DNA of 63,719 nt, the filler included, from Octopus bimaculoides (lineage: Eukaryota), in the NCBI RefSeq assembly GCF_001194135.2. It is 6 parts of 6 records of this genome, joined end to end, with 100 filler letters (N's around TTAATTAATTAA, not from the genome) between each part and the next. Parts side by side here need not be neighbours in the genome. Positions count along the whole stretch, not along the records: positions 46,620 to 58,955 come from NC_069009.1; 5 more parts are not named here. One strand, written 5' to 3'. The position numbers and the translations under genes were made by a program. Shown in pieces: positions 47,258 through 57,501 of the stretch. The notes beneath the pieces were generated by a model. It ran no database searches. It was given only the letters and a program-made list of their open reading frames with translations, and was not told where the DNA came from. Numbering within the stretch: position 1 is the stretch's first letter; each line of letters begins with the position of its first letter.

Positions 47258-47531
47258 TGTTGTTGTACTTGGGGATAGTCATATTGCCAGTTTAGGCAAT
47301 AAAAACACACGCACCATTTGGCTGATAGTTAGCAAGGTGGGACACACATAAGAAAGAAGAAAGCAAAATACCACTGATGAGGTCACAGAAGTGTGACGAA
47401 AGAACTCTGGCCGAAATAGGATTAATGTAATGTAATGTAATATAAAGCTGAAGCAAATTAACACCAAATATACAGTGCGTGTGTTTTTATTGCCTAAACT
47501 GGCAATATGACCATCCCCAAGTACAACAACA
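47258..47531. repeat. 57-bp inverted repeat (one mismatch) enclosing a hammerhead
   Basis: Arms at 47258-47314 and 47475-47531. Confidence 0.9.
47371..47410 (+). ncRNA. Minimal type I hammerhead, complete core
   Basis: CCA-CTGATGA-G-GTCACA/GAAG/TGTGAC-GAAA-GAAC-T-C17 (CUC)-TGG. Stem III has only 2 bp with a 2-nt loop. Confidence 0.6.
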
Positions 47532-47682
47532 TATATATGTAATGTTATAATAAAAACCCACAAGTCTTGTTAACAAGTTGCATTTTACAAGACTTGTGAT
47601 TTTTATGACATCATCTTTACTCGCTTAGCTGACTGAGTGTTATTCTTCTTGATGAAGCCTTACCACATAAAAAATATATATA

Positions 47683-49177
47683 AAGGGTGTCTTGAAATTA
47701 AGGCAAACGAAGTTTTGGGCTTTAATAACTATCAATAAATGTGATAAGATATGAAAATTATACATCATTATAAAAGCTTAGTATATCTCCTTTTTGTTTC
47801 AGACTAAATAAATTAAGATTTATAAATTAGATAATGGCTGTAGATCAAAATACAATCATAACCCTCCACAAAAGTGATGAAAGTAATGCAGCTATAGCAA
47901 AAAAACTTAAAATTAACCAAACATTCTGGAAAATTGTCAAGAATTGTCTTCAGGGTTTGCTTTTGGCCCTTCTCATTATACCTCCTTTTCTCCCTCTCCC
48001 CCCCTTTCCTACAGCTTCTCTACTTCCTCAGCACCCCTTCTCATCATTATGCACCTCACATACCCATAGGAGACCCATACACTGCTCTTTTTTTCACTGA
48101 CTCCCTCAGCCTTTCTCTCCATCCAAATTTATTCCTCTCTTTCAGTCACCCTAACCCTTTCTCATTCTCTCCCCTTCTAATATAGGATTACCCTAGACCG
48201 CTGATCCATCTGGACATTGCCAAAAAAGAAGTGTATGGACTCCTCAGCTTATGAAAAGTACCAGAGAAAAGATATGGCAAAATCCTCATTGTTCTGTCAG
48301 AAAACTGGCTGTCACAGCAGAAATAAGCTGAACATCGATGTATCAGGTGCTAAAGGAGGATCTCAGGACCCATCCCCTAAAACATGATGCACTGTCATGA
48401 TCTCATGCAAGTTTATATGTCCATGAGACTGGAGAGAAGTCGTCTTATCCTGCATCACATTACTGAAAGCATGCTGCCCAACTTGGTTTTCACTGATGAA
48501 AAGAAATTTGACATCAAACAGACAGTAAGCCATCAGAATGACCAACTTTGGAGTGCATCTGCCTCTTTCGAGGGTAGACTCATAATTTGACATCAAAATC
48601 TACAGTCAGTTATGGTTTGGGTGGTTGTGACAGCCACTGAAAGGTCTCTCCTCGTTTTTGTGCCCTCGGGTTTTAAAATTAGCACTCAGGGATATGTTAG
48701 TGACATTCTGGAGGCTGAACTGCTTCCATGGGTGAATGAGCACTTTGAAGGTGCATCTTGGAGCCTCCAACAGGACTTGCCACCATCCCACAGCTCCAAA
48801 TAGACACAACACTGGATTCAGAAAAATATTCCGTCACTCATAGGCAAGGTTGTATGGCCCTCAAGAAGTCCCAATCTCAACCTGTTGAATTTTTCTATTT
48901 GGTCCATTTTGGAAACAAGGGTCTCCAGCACTTCTCATGCTTTGTTTGATGCTCTGCAAGCAAAACTGTGCAGGAACAGTTGCGTGCCACGTGTGAAGCA
49001 TTTGTACCTAGACTTAAGGCTGTGATTCAAAACAGAGGTAGTTACATTGAATAAATGTGGTAGTGTCATAATTGTGTTTCCCTTACCATTGCATTGAAGC
49101 ACTTGGACCCAGAATATAACAATATTTGGTGTGGCAAAACTGAAAACACTTGGTCGACTTAATTTAGGGACACCCTG
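47683..49177 (+). mobile_element. Defective maT (DD37D) Tc1/mariner-superfamily transposon with ~240-bp internal insertion
   Basis: TA|AAGGGTGTCTTGAAATTAAGGC ... GACTTAATTTAGGGACACCCTG|TA. N-terminal HTH at 47834, FTDEKKF, QQD-37 aa-(D>N) within SPNLNLLNF. Stops and frameshifts present. Confidence 0.85.
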
Positions 49178-49293
49178 TATATGCAGGCAAATCAAAAAAA
49201 AAAAAAAATGCAAAAATAACAATAGTCAAAAGGACACACACAGTGAATGCATTAGGTTGACACTCAGTTTAAGATGGAAAAAAGAGGTGGAGT

Positions 49294-49320
49294 GATGTTT
49301 TGAGCATGATTCTTCATCAG
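49294..49320 (-). ncRNA. Decayed minimal hammerhead
   Basis: CTGATGAA-GA.ATCATGC.TC-AAAA-CATC, consistent with CpG decay of GCTCGAAACGTC as seen at 55870-55881. Confidence 0.35.
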
Positions 49321-50639
49321 AAAGAAGAGAAAAGGTCTGGAGAGAATAGAAAAAAATAGTCCTAATATATATATATATACATACATACATACATACATAT
49401 ACATATATTATCCATCTAAAGGTCATGGATCAGTACATTATATATACATACATATAAACAATAAACTAGATAGAGAGATTCAATTGACAATCTAATAATT
49501 TATTTATGTTATAATGCAACATAATATACTAATATAACATTAAAAAATCATTAAAAAACCAAAATAGCCAACAATTTATTTTGACTTATATACATCCAGA
49601 CAGTTAGGTGATGCAAAAAAGCGACAAGAAAACATCCAGATAGACAATACAAGGAAACAAGGACAAGTCAATAGGAGTTTTCTTTCCTCAGTCGAGTTCC
49701 AGATTATCTTTGCAATTTTGGCTGGTTATACTCGAGATTGCTCCAATCTGGCCAGCCCTAAGGGAAAACTAAGCTAAGAGCATTAGATTCCTTGGAAGAA
49801 AGCAGCGAATGTATATAAAAAAAAAAAAACGAAAAAAAAAAAACAGAATGTTACACAAATACAAAAAAACAGGACATAACAACAGCTGTCTTTTGACTAA
49901 GGACGAAGTAAATTAAGCTGGCGTGTGTGGAAGTGAAGCCTTACGGCAAGGATACAAGTTTTCACAGGCACAGAGAGGAATATAGATGTTGCACGGATAA
50001 CGGCCGAACCAAGAAAGAAAGGTCAGGCTTGGCCAAACACCGGTCACGTGGGGGGAGAGAAGAGAGAGAGGTAGAGGCAGAGGGACAGTAGAAATAAGGA
50101 GGGACAAGAAAAAAAAAAATGAAAGAGACACAGTGAAGTGAAAGAGGAGGGAAAGTGAGCATGAAGAGAAGGCCAGGAAATGTGAGAGAAGGGGAACAAA
50201 AGAACGAAGAGTGGAATGAACGAAGGAAGCGTGAAAGGGCTGATAGAAAGAAGGAAAGAATAGAAAGAATAATAGAGTCGTACAAAATTTAGATATATAN
50301 NNNNNNNNNNNNNNNNNNNNNNNNNNNNNNNNNNNNNNNNNNNNNNNNNNNNNNNNNNNNNNNNNNNNNNNNNNNNNNNNNNNNNNNNNNNNNNNNNNNN
50401 NNNNNNNNNNNNNNNNNNNNNNNNNNNNNNNNNNNNNNNNNNNNNNNNNNNNNNNNNNNNNNNNNNNNNNNNNNNNNNNNNNNNNNNNNNNNNNNNNNNN
50501 NNNNNNNNNNNNNNNNNNNNNNNNNNNNNNNNNNNNNNNNNNNNNNNNNNNNNNNNNNNNNNNNNNNNNNNNNNNNNNNNNNNNNNNNNNNNNNNNNNNN
50601 NNNNNNNNNNNNNNNNNNNNNNNNNNNNNNNNNNNNNNN

Positions 50640-50679
<40 letters not shown>

Positions 50680-50681
<2 letters not shown>

Positions 50682-50810
50682 ATAATAAATCTCTGAGTGA
50701 GTAGCAGCATGACATCATGAAGTATATTTGCCACCTAAATGTGGCTGATCCATATGGGACAATGCTATTCTACTTTATAGCCCCAGGAAGACATCTCCTC
50801 CAGCTGGTGG
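50680..50810 (-). mobile_element. Diverged fragment of the ~350-nt hammerhead repeat family
   Basis: AATCTCTGAGTGAG TAGCAGCA...AAATGTGGC...TTTATAGCCCCAGGAAGACATC resembles 30765-30890. Confidence 0.45.
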
Positions 50811-51025
50811 TTTAGTTCACAGGTAATCTAAATGATTAGGTATGCTAGGTAAGTGTTGTAATGGACTACTAGAGTTCTAGTGTTATAACTGAGATGGTTA
50901 TGGAGTTATGGAGCCATTGCAGATTTCTGATGCAGTGGATATATGATTGTTAAAGAGAACAACAAACATTATGGCAAGGCAAACATCTCAAATCATATAC
51001 AATATTATTACTGGAAAAACTCAAA

Positions 51026-51081
51026 GTCCTACAGCTGTTTCCAGGATATCCCCAATTATGGGATATTCCGTCATCAGAGAC
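51026..51081 (-). ncRNA. Type I hammerhead, complete core
   Basis: GTCT-CTGATGA-C10.1...G11.1 (about 10-bp stem II)-GAAA-palindromic ACAGCTGT-A17 (GUA)-GGAC. Confidence 0.7.
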
Positions 51082-51154
51082 AAATAGGGAAAAATAGGGA
51101 AAATGAGAATGGTGTATATTACCGAGATGACAGCATAGAAGAAGGGAGTAAAAG

Positions 51155-52481
51155 AATTTCCTTTATCTTCCCTTTGATGTCTTCTGATACTGTTCCCAAG
51201 AACCCAACAATAATTGGCACTATCTTCACCTTCTTCATTTTCCAGAGCCAGGCTCATACTTAAGAGGGTGGTATCTTTTCACTTTCCTTCTTGACTATTC
51301 GTGGGTCAAAGGAGCATACAATATCAACTATGTAGCATATACGGTGCACCTTGTCTACCACTACTAGGTCTGGTCTGTTATGCTCTAGCATCTAATCTGT
51401 TTGGATTGGGAAATCCCAGAGGATTTTGCTAGTCTTCAACTCTGCCACTCTCTGTCGTTTCTGTTCATACCACATTTTGCCTCTCTTTAGCCCCCATTTT
51501 TTTCACAGTTTCCAATGTAGCATTTTCACTAAGTGGCCGTGTTGCAACAACTTGTAGTGGTTTTGGGCAAATCTAGGGCATTCGTTTGTGATATGGACAA
51601 TGATTTCATTCACTCTATTGCAGATGTGGCGCAGTGGAGACACTTGCTCATTCCTAAGGTTGACCCTCCAGTTCGTAGCCAAAGCTTGGCCTTGCGCTGT
51701 CAGCATAATGCACTCAGTCTCTTTTTTTAGTGTTCCTTTCATCAGCCGATCCCACCCATTTTTTCCAGCAACTTCTGTTGTGGCTGCATGGAACTGATTG
51801 TGTAGTCCCTTCTTGCGTAATTCTTCTTCATGCCCTTTTTGCACTTCTTCCTTTGTTTTCCCTTTTTTCTCTGCTTTTAATACTTCCTTGTTCCTAACTG
51901 TTACTAGCAAAGTTTCCTTACTTTGCGCCAGGTATCTCATTAAACTCTCGAGTTCGATACNNNNNNNNNNNNNNNNNNNNNNNNNNNNNNNNNNNNNNNN
52001 NNNNNNNNNNNNNNNNNNNNNNNNNNNNNNNNNNNNNNNNNNNNNNNNATGTTTCTGGCATTTAGCTTTGAGGCCAATATTTTCTCACCCGCCGCAGGTA
52101 CTCTCTTTTTGTTTTTTTCCTTCATGTCATTATATTTGCTTCCATCTGCCTCAAGTATTCCCAGTATTTATAGCTGGATTGAGGTTGAATTTCATCACTT
52201 GGCAATCATATGCCCTCTGTCTTGGCCAGCTTTCCTCACCTCATCACCATCGTAGCACATTTTGGGAGTCCAAACTCTATCAATGGAGAAAATCCACACA
52301 GACTGGACTAGGCTGTCCAGTTCTGCTTCAGTTTCTGTGAATAGCTTCAGGTCGTCCATGAATAGCAAGTGGTTCAGTTTTCCCTTATATACCCCAACTT
52401 CATTTTCTGTAGAATTTCACCCAATGGGATCATTCCCAGCATAAATATCAGTGGGGACACGCTGTCACATTGGAAGATTCC
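51155..52481 (-). mobile_element. R4/Dong-clade non-LTR retrotransposon fragment (RT C-terminus, CCHC-like region, REL endonuclease), degenerate
   Basis: GIFQCDSVSPL, HLLFMDDLKLF, LKKETE...AQGQALATN, HITNECP, ILWDFPIQTD..HNRPDLVV, VPIIVGFLGTV. Confidence 0.75.
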
Positions 52482-52494
52482 TATTATTATTATT

Positions 52495-53288
52495 GTTCAG
52501 TAGTTTTATTTTTATAATGTGCTTTCACTTCACTACTGAGTGCAGCTCTGTGTGCCTTGGGTATGTGCTATAGTTTGCTGTGATGCTCTTATGGTTACTG
52601 TATTGAAAGTGTTTTGCGTAGGATGTGTGCAGTGCCCAGTAGTGCAATTTTCTGTATGTTATATATATTTGTAAGTCCTGGTGTTTTTGTTATGTATTTG
52701 TCTGAATATTTTTTTATTATACCTAGGTTACCTACTATGATAGGAATTGTTTCTGTTTTTAGATTCCACATTCGAGTTACCTCTATTTCCAGGTCTTTGT
52801 ATTTTGAAAGTTTTTCCATTTCTTTTAGGGAAACGTTGTCATCTGCTGGTATTGATACATTAATTAGAAAGCATTTTTTTTCTTCATGATCTTTGACAAC
52901 TATATCTGGTCTATTTGCCTTAATTTCTCTATCTGTGTGTATTGACATATCCCAGAGTATGGTTGCTTTCTCGTTTTCTGTGACCTTTTCTGGCGTGTGT
53001 TTATACCATCTTTTTTCTGTTGTTATTCCATAGTGTTGGCATAGCATCCAGTGTATATAGGTCCCAGCTCTGTCGTGTCTGTGAATATATTCCTTCTTAG
53101 CCAGGACTGGGCAGCCAGAGATAATGTGATTTATNNNNNNNNNNATACCATCTTTTTTCTGTTGTTATTCCATAGTGTTGGCATAGCTTCCAGTGTATAT
53201 AGGTCCCAGCTCTGTCGTGTCTGTGAATATATTCCTTCTTAGCCAGGACTGGGCAGCCAGAGATAATGTGATTTATTGTTTCTTGTCC
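52495..53288 (-). mobile_element. 5'-truncated R4/Dong-clade retrotransposon (zinc-knuckle end, REL endonuclease, 3' UTR) flanked by (TAA)n
   Basis: ETINHIISGCP..., NRPDIVV...INVSIPAD...KEMEKLSKYKDL...LGTAHILRK. (ATT)n at 52483-52494 and 53290-53400. Confidence 0.85.
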
Positions 53289-53327
<39 letters not shown>

Positions 53328-54591
53328 CTTTAATGTTATTATTATAATAATTGTTATTATCATTATTATTACTATAATCATCATCATCATCATCATTATT
53401 GTTTTCATATACTATTTCCTGTTTATATCCTGTGTGAGAAAGCCAAATTGTAAAAGTGAGAGTATGAATTGAAAATATCTACATTTGCCAAAAGTTGTAT
53501 AATTCTACTTGAAATACCTTAAGCTAAAGAATTAATAATGGATGGGGTGTTATTGGAAAATTTGCTAACATATTTAGTGATTTTACATGGTTTTCTGTAT
53601 GGATAGCAGAGTCTGGATTTTAGGTTTAACGAGACATCTAAAAAGTTAACTAATTTCGTACCAAGTTCAAAAGTTAAGTCTCAGTTAAAGTTATAGAACA
53701 ATTTCTTAATTTTTTGGCACATTCTTTCAAGTATAACTTTGCTATTAGTGAGTCTGACAAAGACAGTGTCATCTCTATATAGACCACCATGAAGATCTGG
53801 GAAATCACTTGCCAGCAATGCAAAAGGTAGATTCCTACAATATTGGTAAACTGGGCTAAGTCACTCAATCCTCTTACTATATCAAAATTGTCAGGGGTGT
53901 TGCTTCTCGTCCACAGTCTACCTTCAAATTCAATTATAGTTCTAGCTAATAAAATAATTTCAATCTTATCTTTAGTAATGGGTGGGAAGTTTCTTGCATA
54001 AATTAGGGCCTTGTTTAGGAGTGTGTGGGATATATTTGAATAGTATGCATCTATATCAAATTGAAGGAACGAGTACTTCTATTCTGTAATAATGTAAACC
54101 AGGTTATGACTTAGTTTAATTTCTGGAGTAAATTTAGGTATGATCAGTTGGCTTAGTAAGTCTACCCTAGATAAGATCATGCCTAAACTTACTCCAAAAA
54201 TGCATACTTGCATGGTATGCTATATTGAAGGAACTAACCCCTAAATCCTGTGTATCTCTGCCCTTCACCCTTTGTCCTTTAGCTAGCGAATCCTAAACCC
54301 TGAGCCTAGACCTAATTGGCTTGTATGTTTTTATTTTTCTTCACCCTTACCTTTGCTTTCTTTATTATTTCTTTCTTTAGCCTTAATTTATATTAGGACC
54401 TCGCCTTGCTACCCACTGCTCTAAGCCTACTATGATGAAATATCACCTACACCCCACTCCAGCCTATGTTAGAACCAGTCTAGCAGACACCTATCTCATC
54501 TGGGTCCTTAGATATCATATTACACACTTTCAAGAATTATATTCTTAACCTGCTGTATTCTTGGGATATTATTTTGTTTGTAAAATTACAT

Positions 54592-54677
54592 TTCAGCTGA
54601 TGATTACGGTTTTTTTGTAATGGAGTAATGTTCTCATTCTTCTCTTGAAAAGATGCGTAAGAAACAGCTGTAATGAG
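54592..54677 (+). ncRNA. Type I hammerhead with long loop II, complete core
   Basis: CTGATGA 54597-54603, stem II TTACG/CGTAA closing a 47-nt loop, GAAA 54661-54664, ACAGCTGT palindrome, GUA triplet. Stem I opens with an A-G mismatch, then 4 bp. Confidence 0.55.
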
Positions 54678-54752
54678 CTGACAATTATCCATTGTGTGCT
54701 ATTATTTATTTATTTATGTGTGTGTGTATGTATGTATGTATGCCATTCTCTG

Positions 54753-54986
54753 TACATCGGACAAACGGTGCGCCGCTTGGTCGACCGATTCGCGGAACAC
54801 CTCTGAGACATCAACGTTTGCAATGACACCCTGGTGTCACGCCATTTCCGCTCTGCCGGTCACTCCTTGCAGCAACACCTGTCCGTATTTGGATTGTCCA
54901 TGCACAGGGGCCATCCGGACTCCCGTTTGCGCCGTGAACAGGGATTAATCTTCTCTCTTTGCTCCTTTACGCCACATAGGCTCAAC
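54753..54986 (+). mobile_element. Penelope-like element GIY-YIG endonuclease C-terminal fragment
   Basis: YIGQTVRRLVDRFAEHL*DI...RHFRSAGHS...RLRREQGLIFSLCSFTPHRLN followed by a C-rich tail. Confidence 0.75.
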
Positions 54987-55862
54987 TCCCCTCCCCTCTT
55001 CATCTAACCCCTCCCCCTTTGCCATCCCTCCTACTTCCTCCCACCCNNNNNNNNNNNNNNNNNNNNNNNNNNNNNNNNNNNNNNNNNNNNNNNNNNNNNN
55101 NNNNNNNNNNNNNNNNNNNNNNNNNNNNNNNNNNNNNNNNNNNNNNNNNNNNNNNNNNNNNNNNNNNNNNNNNNNNNNNNNNNNNNNNNNNNNNNNNNNN
55201 NNNNNNNNNNNNNNNNNNNNNNNNNNNNNNNNNNNNNNNNNNNNNNNNNNNNNNNNNNNNNNNNNNNNNNNNNNNNNNNNNNNNNNNNNNNNNNNNNNNN
55301 NNNNNNNNNNNNNNNNNNNNNNNNNNNNNNNNNNNNNNNNNNNNNNNNNNNNNNNNNNNNNNNNNNNNNNNNNNNNNNNNNNNNNNNNNNNNNNNNNNNN
55401 NNNNNNNNNNNNNNNNNNNNNNNNNNNNNNNNNNNNNNNNNNNNNNNNNNNNNNNNNNNNNNNNNNNNNNNNNNNNNNNNNNNNNNNNNNNNNNNNNNNN
55501 NNNNNNNNNNNNNNNNNNNNNNNNNNNNNNNNNNNNNNNNNNNNNNNNNNNNNNNNNNNNNNNNNNNNNNNNNNNNNNNNNNNNNNNNNNNNNNNNNNNN
55601 NNNNNNNNNNNNNNNNNNNNNNNNNNNNNNNNNNNNNNNNNNNNNNNNNNNNNNNNNNNNNNNNNNNNNNNNNNNNNNNNNNNNNNNNNNNNNNNNNNNN
55701 NNNNNNNNNNNNNNNNNNNNNNNNNNNNNNNNNNNNNNNNNNNNNNNNNNNNNNNNNNNNNNNNNNNNNNNNNNNNNNNNNNNNNNNNNNNNNNNNNNNN
55801 NNNNNNNNNNNNNNNNNNNNNNNNNNNNNNNNNNNNNNNNNNNNNNNNNNNNNNNNNNNNNN

Positions 55863-55975
55863 GAGCGTAGCTCGAAACGTCAAAGACTTTCCGTATTCCC
55901 GAGCGTCATACTAATACATCCTTTTGTTGTTTACACCACCTGTCCTCGTCTGTTGTTGTTTTTTTCGTAAATTCG
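55863..55975 (+). mobile_element. Penelope-type terminal repeat with 3' half of a hammerhead (5' half in gap)
   Basis: GAGC-GTA-GCTC hairpin, GAAA at 55874-55877, CGTC (ACGT palindrome, GUC triplet). Confidence 0.5.
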
Positions 55976-55976
55976 C

Positions 55977-56011
<35 letters not shown>

Positions 56012-56015
<4 letters not shown>

Positions 56016-56892
56016 GTCTGATCAATAAGTATCCGGATTGTTGCCATAGTAACAAAGCTAAAGCATGCAGAGTGAAGCTGCTGGCATACATTGACCAGGC
56101 CCTGCTATGCATGTGCACCAAGTTTTGTTGTTCTAGCTCACTTCCACTGCTTACAGCAGTGCTTGGAAGGAACGTGTGTAGTGTATGATCATCGCATTGA
56201 CCATGACAGAGAAAGTTTTCGTGGCGATACCTGCTCAGAGGCCTATGCAAGGTTGCAGAAAGTGTATGGAGAGGAGTCTATGAGTCACTCACAGGTATAT
56301 GAGTGGTTCAGATGTTTCCAAGATGGCCAAAAACATGTTGATATTGATGAACATTCTGGGAGACCCACAACCAGCAGAACTGAGAAAAGCATTGCAGCGG
56401 TGTGAGCAACTGTGAGGGGAAATCATCAAATAACCATCCTTGAGTTATCAGAGGATGTGCAGATTAGTTGCAGTTCAGTTCGGTCCTTTATCACTGAAGA
56501 TTTGGGAATGAGATGTGTCTGTGAAATTTGTGTCAAAACTGCTTTCAGCTGACCAAAAAGACACTCAGGTTTCAGTTGCACAAGATCTCCTTGATTGTGT
56601 TGAGAACAATGGCAAAAACCTTTTTGAAAACTTTGCATAGGCCTCTGAACAGGTCTCACCAAGCATTTGGTAAAATTTGATGCAGATTCTCTGCTCAACT
56701 TTCTCTGTCATGGTCAATGTGATGATCACATGCTACACACGTTCCTTCAAATCACTGCTGGAAATAGAAGTGAGCTAGAGTGTTAAAACTTAGTGCACAT
56801 CCACAGCAGAGTTCAAAGTCAATCTGTGGCATGCAGCTTTATTCTGCATGCTTTAGCTTCATTACTATGGCAACAGTCCAGATACTTATCAA
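56012..56892 (+). mobile_element. Non-autonomous mariner derivative with long inverted arms
   Basis: TA|TGAGGTCTGATCAATAAGTATCC... Transposase N-terminus CSEAYARLQKVYGEESMSHSQVYEWF...DEHSGRP. 56630-56892 is an inverted copy of the first ~250 bp; the right terminus is in a gap. Confidence 0.8.
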
Positions 56893-57168
56893 NNNNNNNN
56901 NNNNNNNNNNNNNNNNNNNNNNNNNNNNNNNNNNNNNNNNNNNNNNNNNNNNNNNNNNNNNNNNNNNNNNNNNNNNNNNNNNNNNNNNNNNNNNNNNNNN
57001 NNNNNNNNNNNNNNNNNNNNNNNNNNNNNNNNNNNNNNNNNNNNNNNNNNNNNNNNNNNNNNNNNNNNNNNNNNNNNNNNNNNNNNNNNNNNNNNNNNNN
57101 NNNNNNNNNNNNNNNNNNNNNNNNNNNNNNNNNNNNNNNNNNNNNNNNNNNNNNNNNNNNNNNNNNNN

Positions 57169-57487
57169 GTATATTGTCAACTTAATGTGACAATCCCAAT
57201 AAGGGAACACACTACTGCCGTTTAGCCCTAGGAAGCTGGACCGCTTCCTGTCGGCCTTGACACAATTACTGTGTCCTTAAGTTTGCGAAGGGGAGACAAG
57301 CTCCTCCACCCAGCCTAGCCAGCATTCAGGGACATGTTTCTGAGTCTTTGCTCGTCATCAGCCTGAAGTAGCTTGCCAGCTGGATAGAGAGGCCTGTCTC
57401 TCCTTCGCAAACTTATGTAAATCATAGTGAAGTTCATTCACTGATCAGCAAAATTAGAAATATAATATTTCTAAATCTCTCTGAGAG
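57169..57487 (-). mobile_element. Near-complete monomer of the ~350-nt hammerhead repeat (candidate non-LTR retrozyme)
   Basis: Homologous to 30750-31142 and 34966-35099; contains a rod-like hairpin with a hammerhead. Confidence 0.65.
57325..57367 (-). ncRNA. Minimal type I hammerhead, complete core
   Basis: Stem I TTCAGG/CCTGAA (6 bp), CTGATGA, C-GAG/CTC-A stem II, GAAA, palindromic ACATGT, GUC triplet (cut between + 57331 and 57330). Confidence 0.7.
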
Positions 57488-57501
57488 TGGATTTGGTAGA
57501 C

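Noticed and set aside
53003-53275. ~130-bp direct duplication inside the R4 element around a 10-N gap
   Set aside because: Overlap or haplotype artefact (one SNP), not a real tandem duplication.
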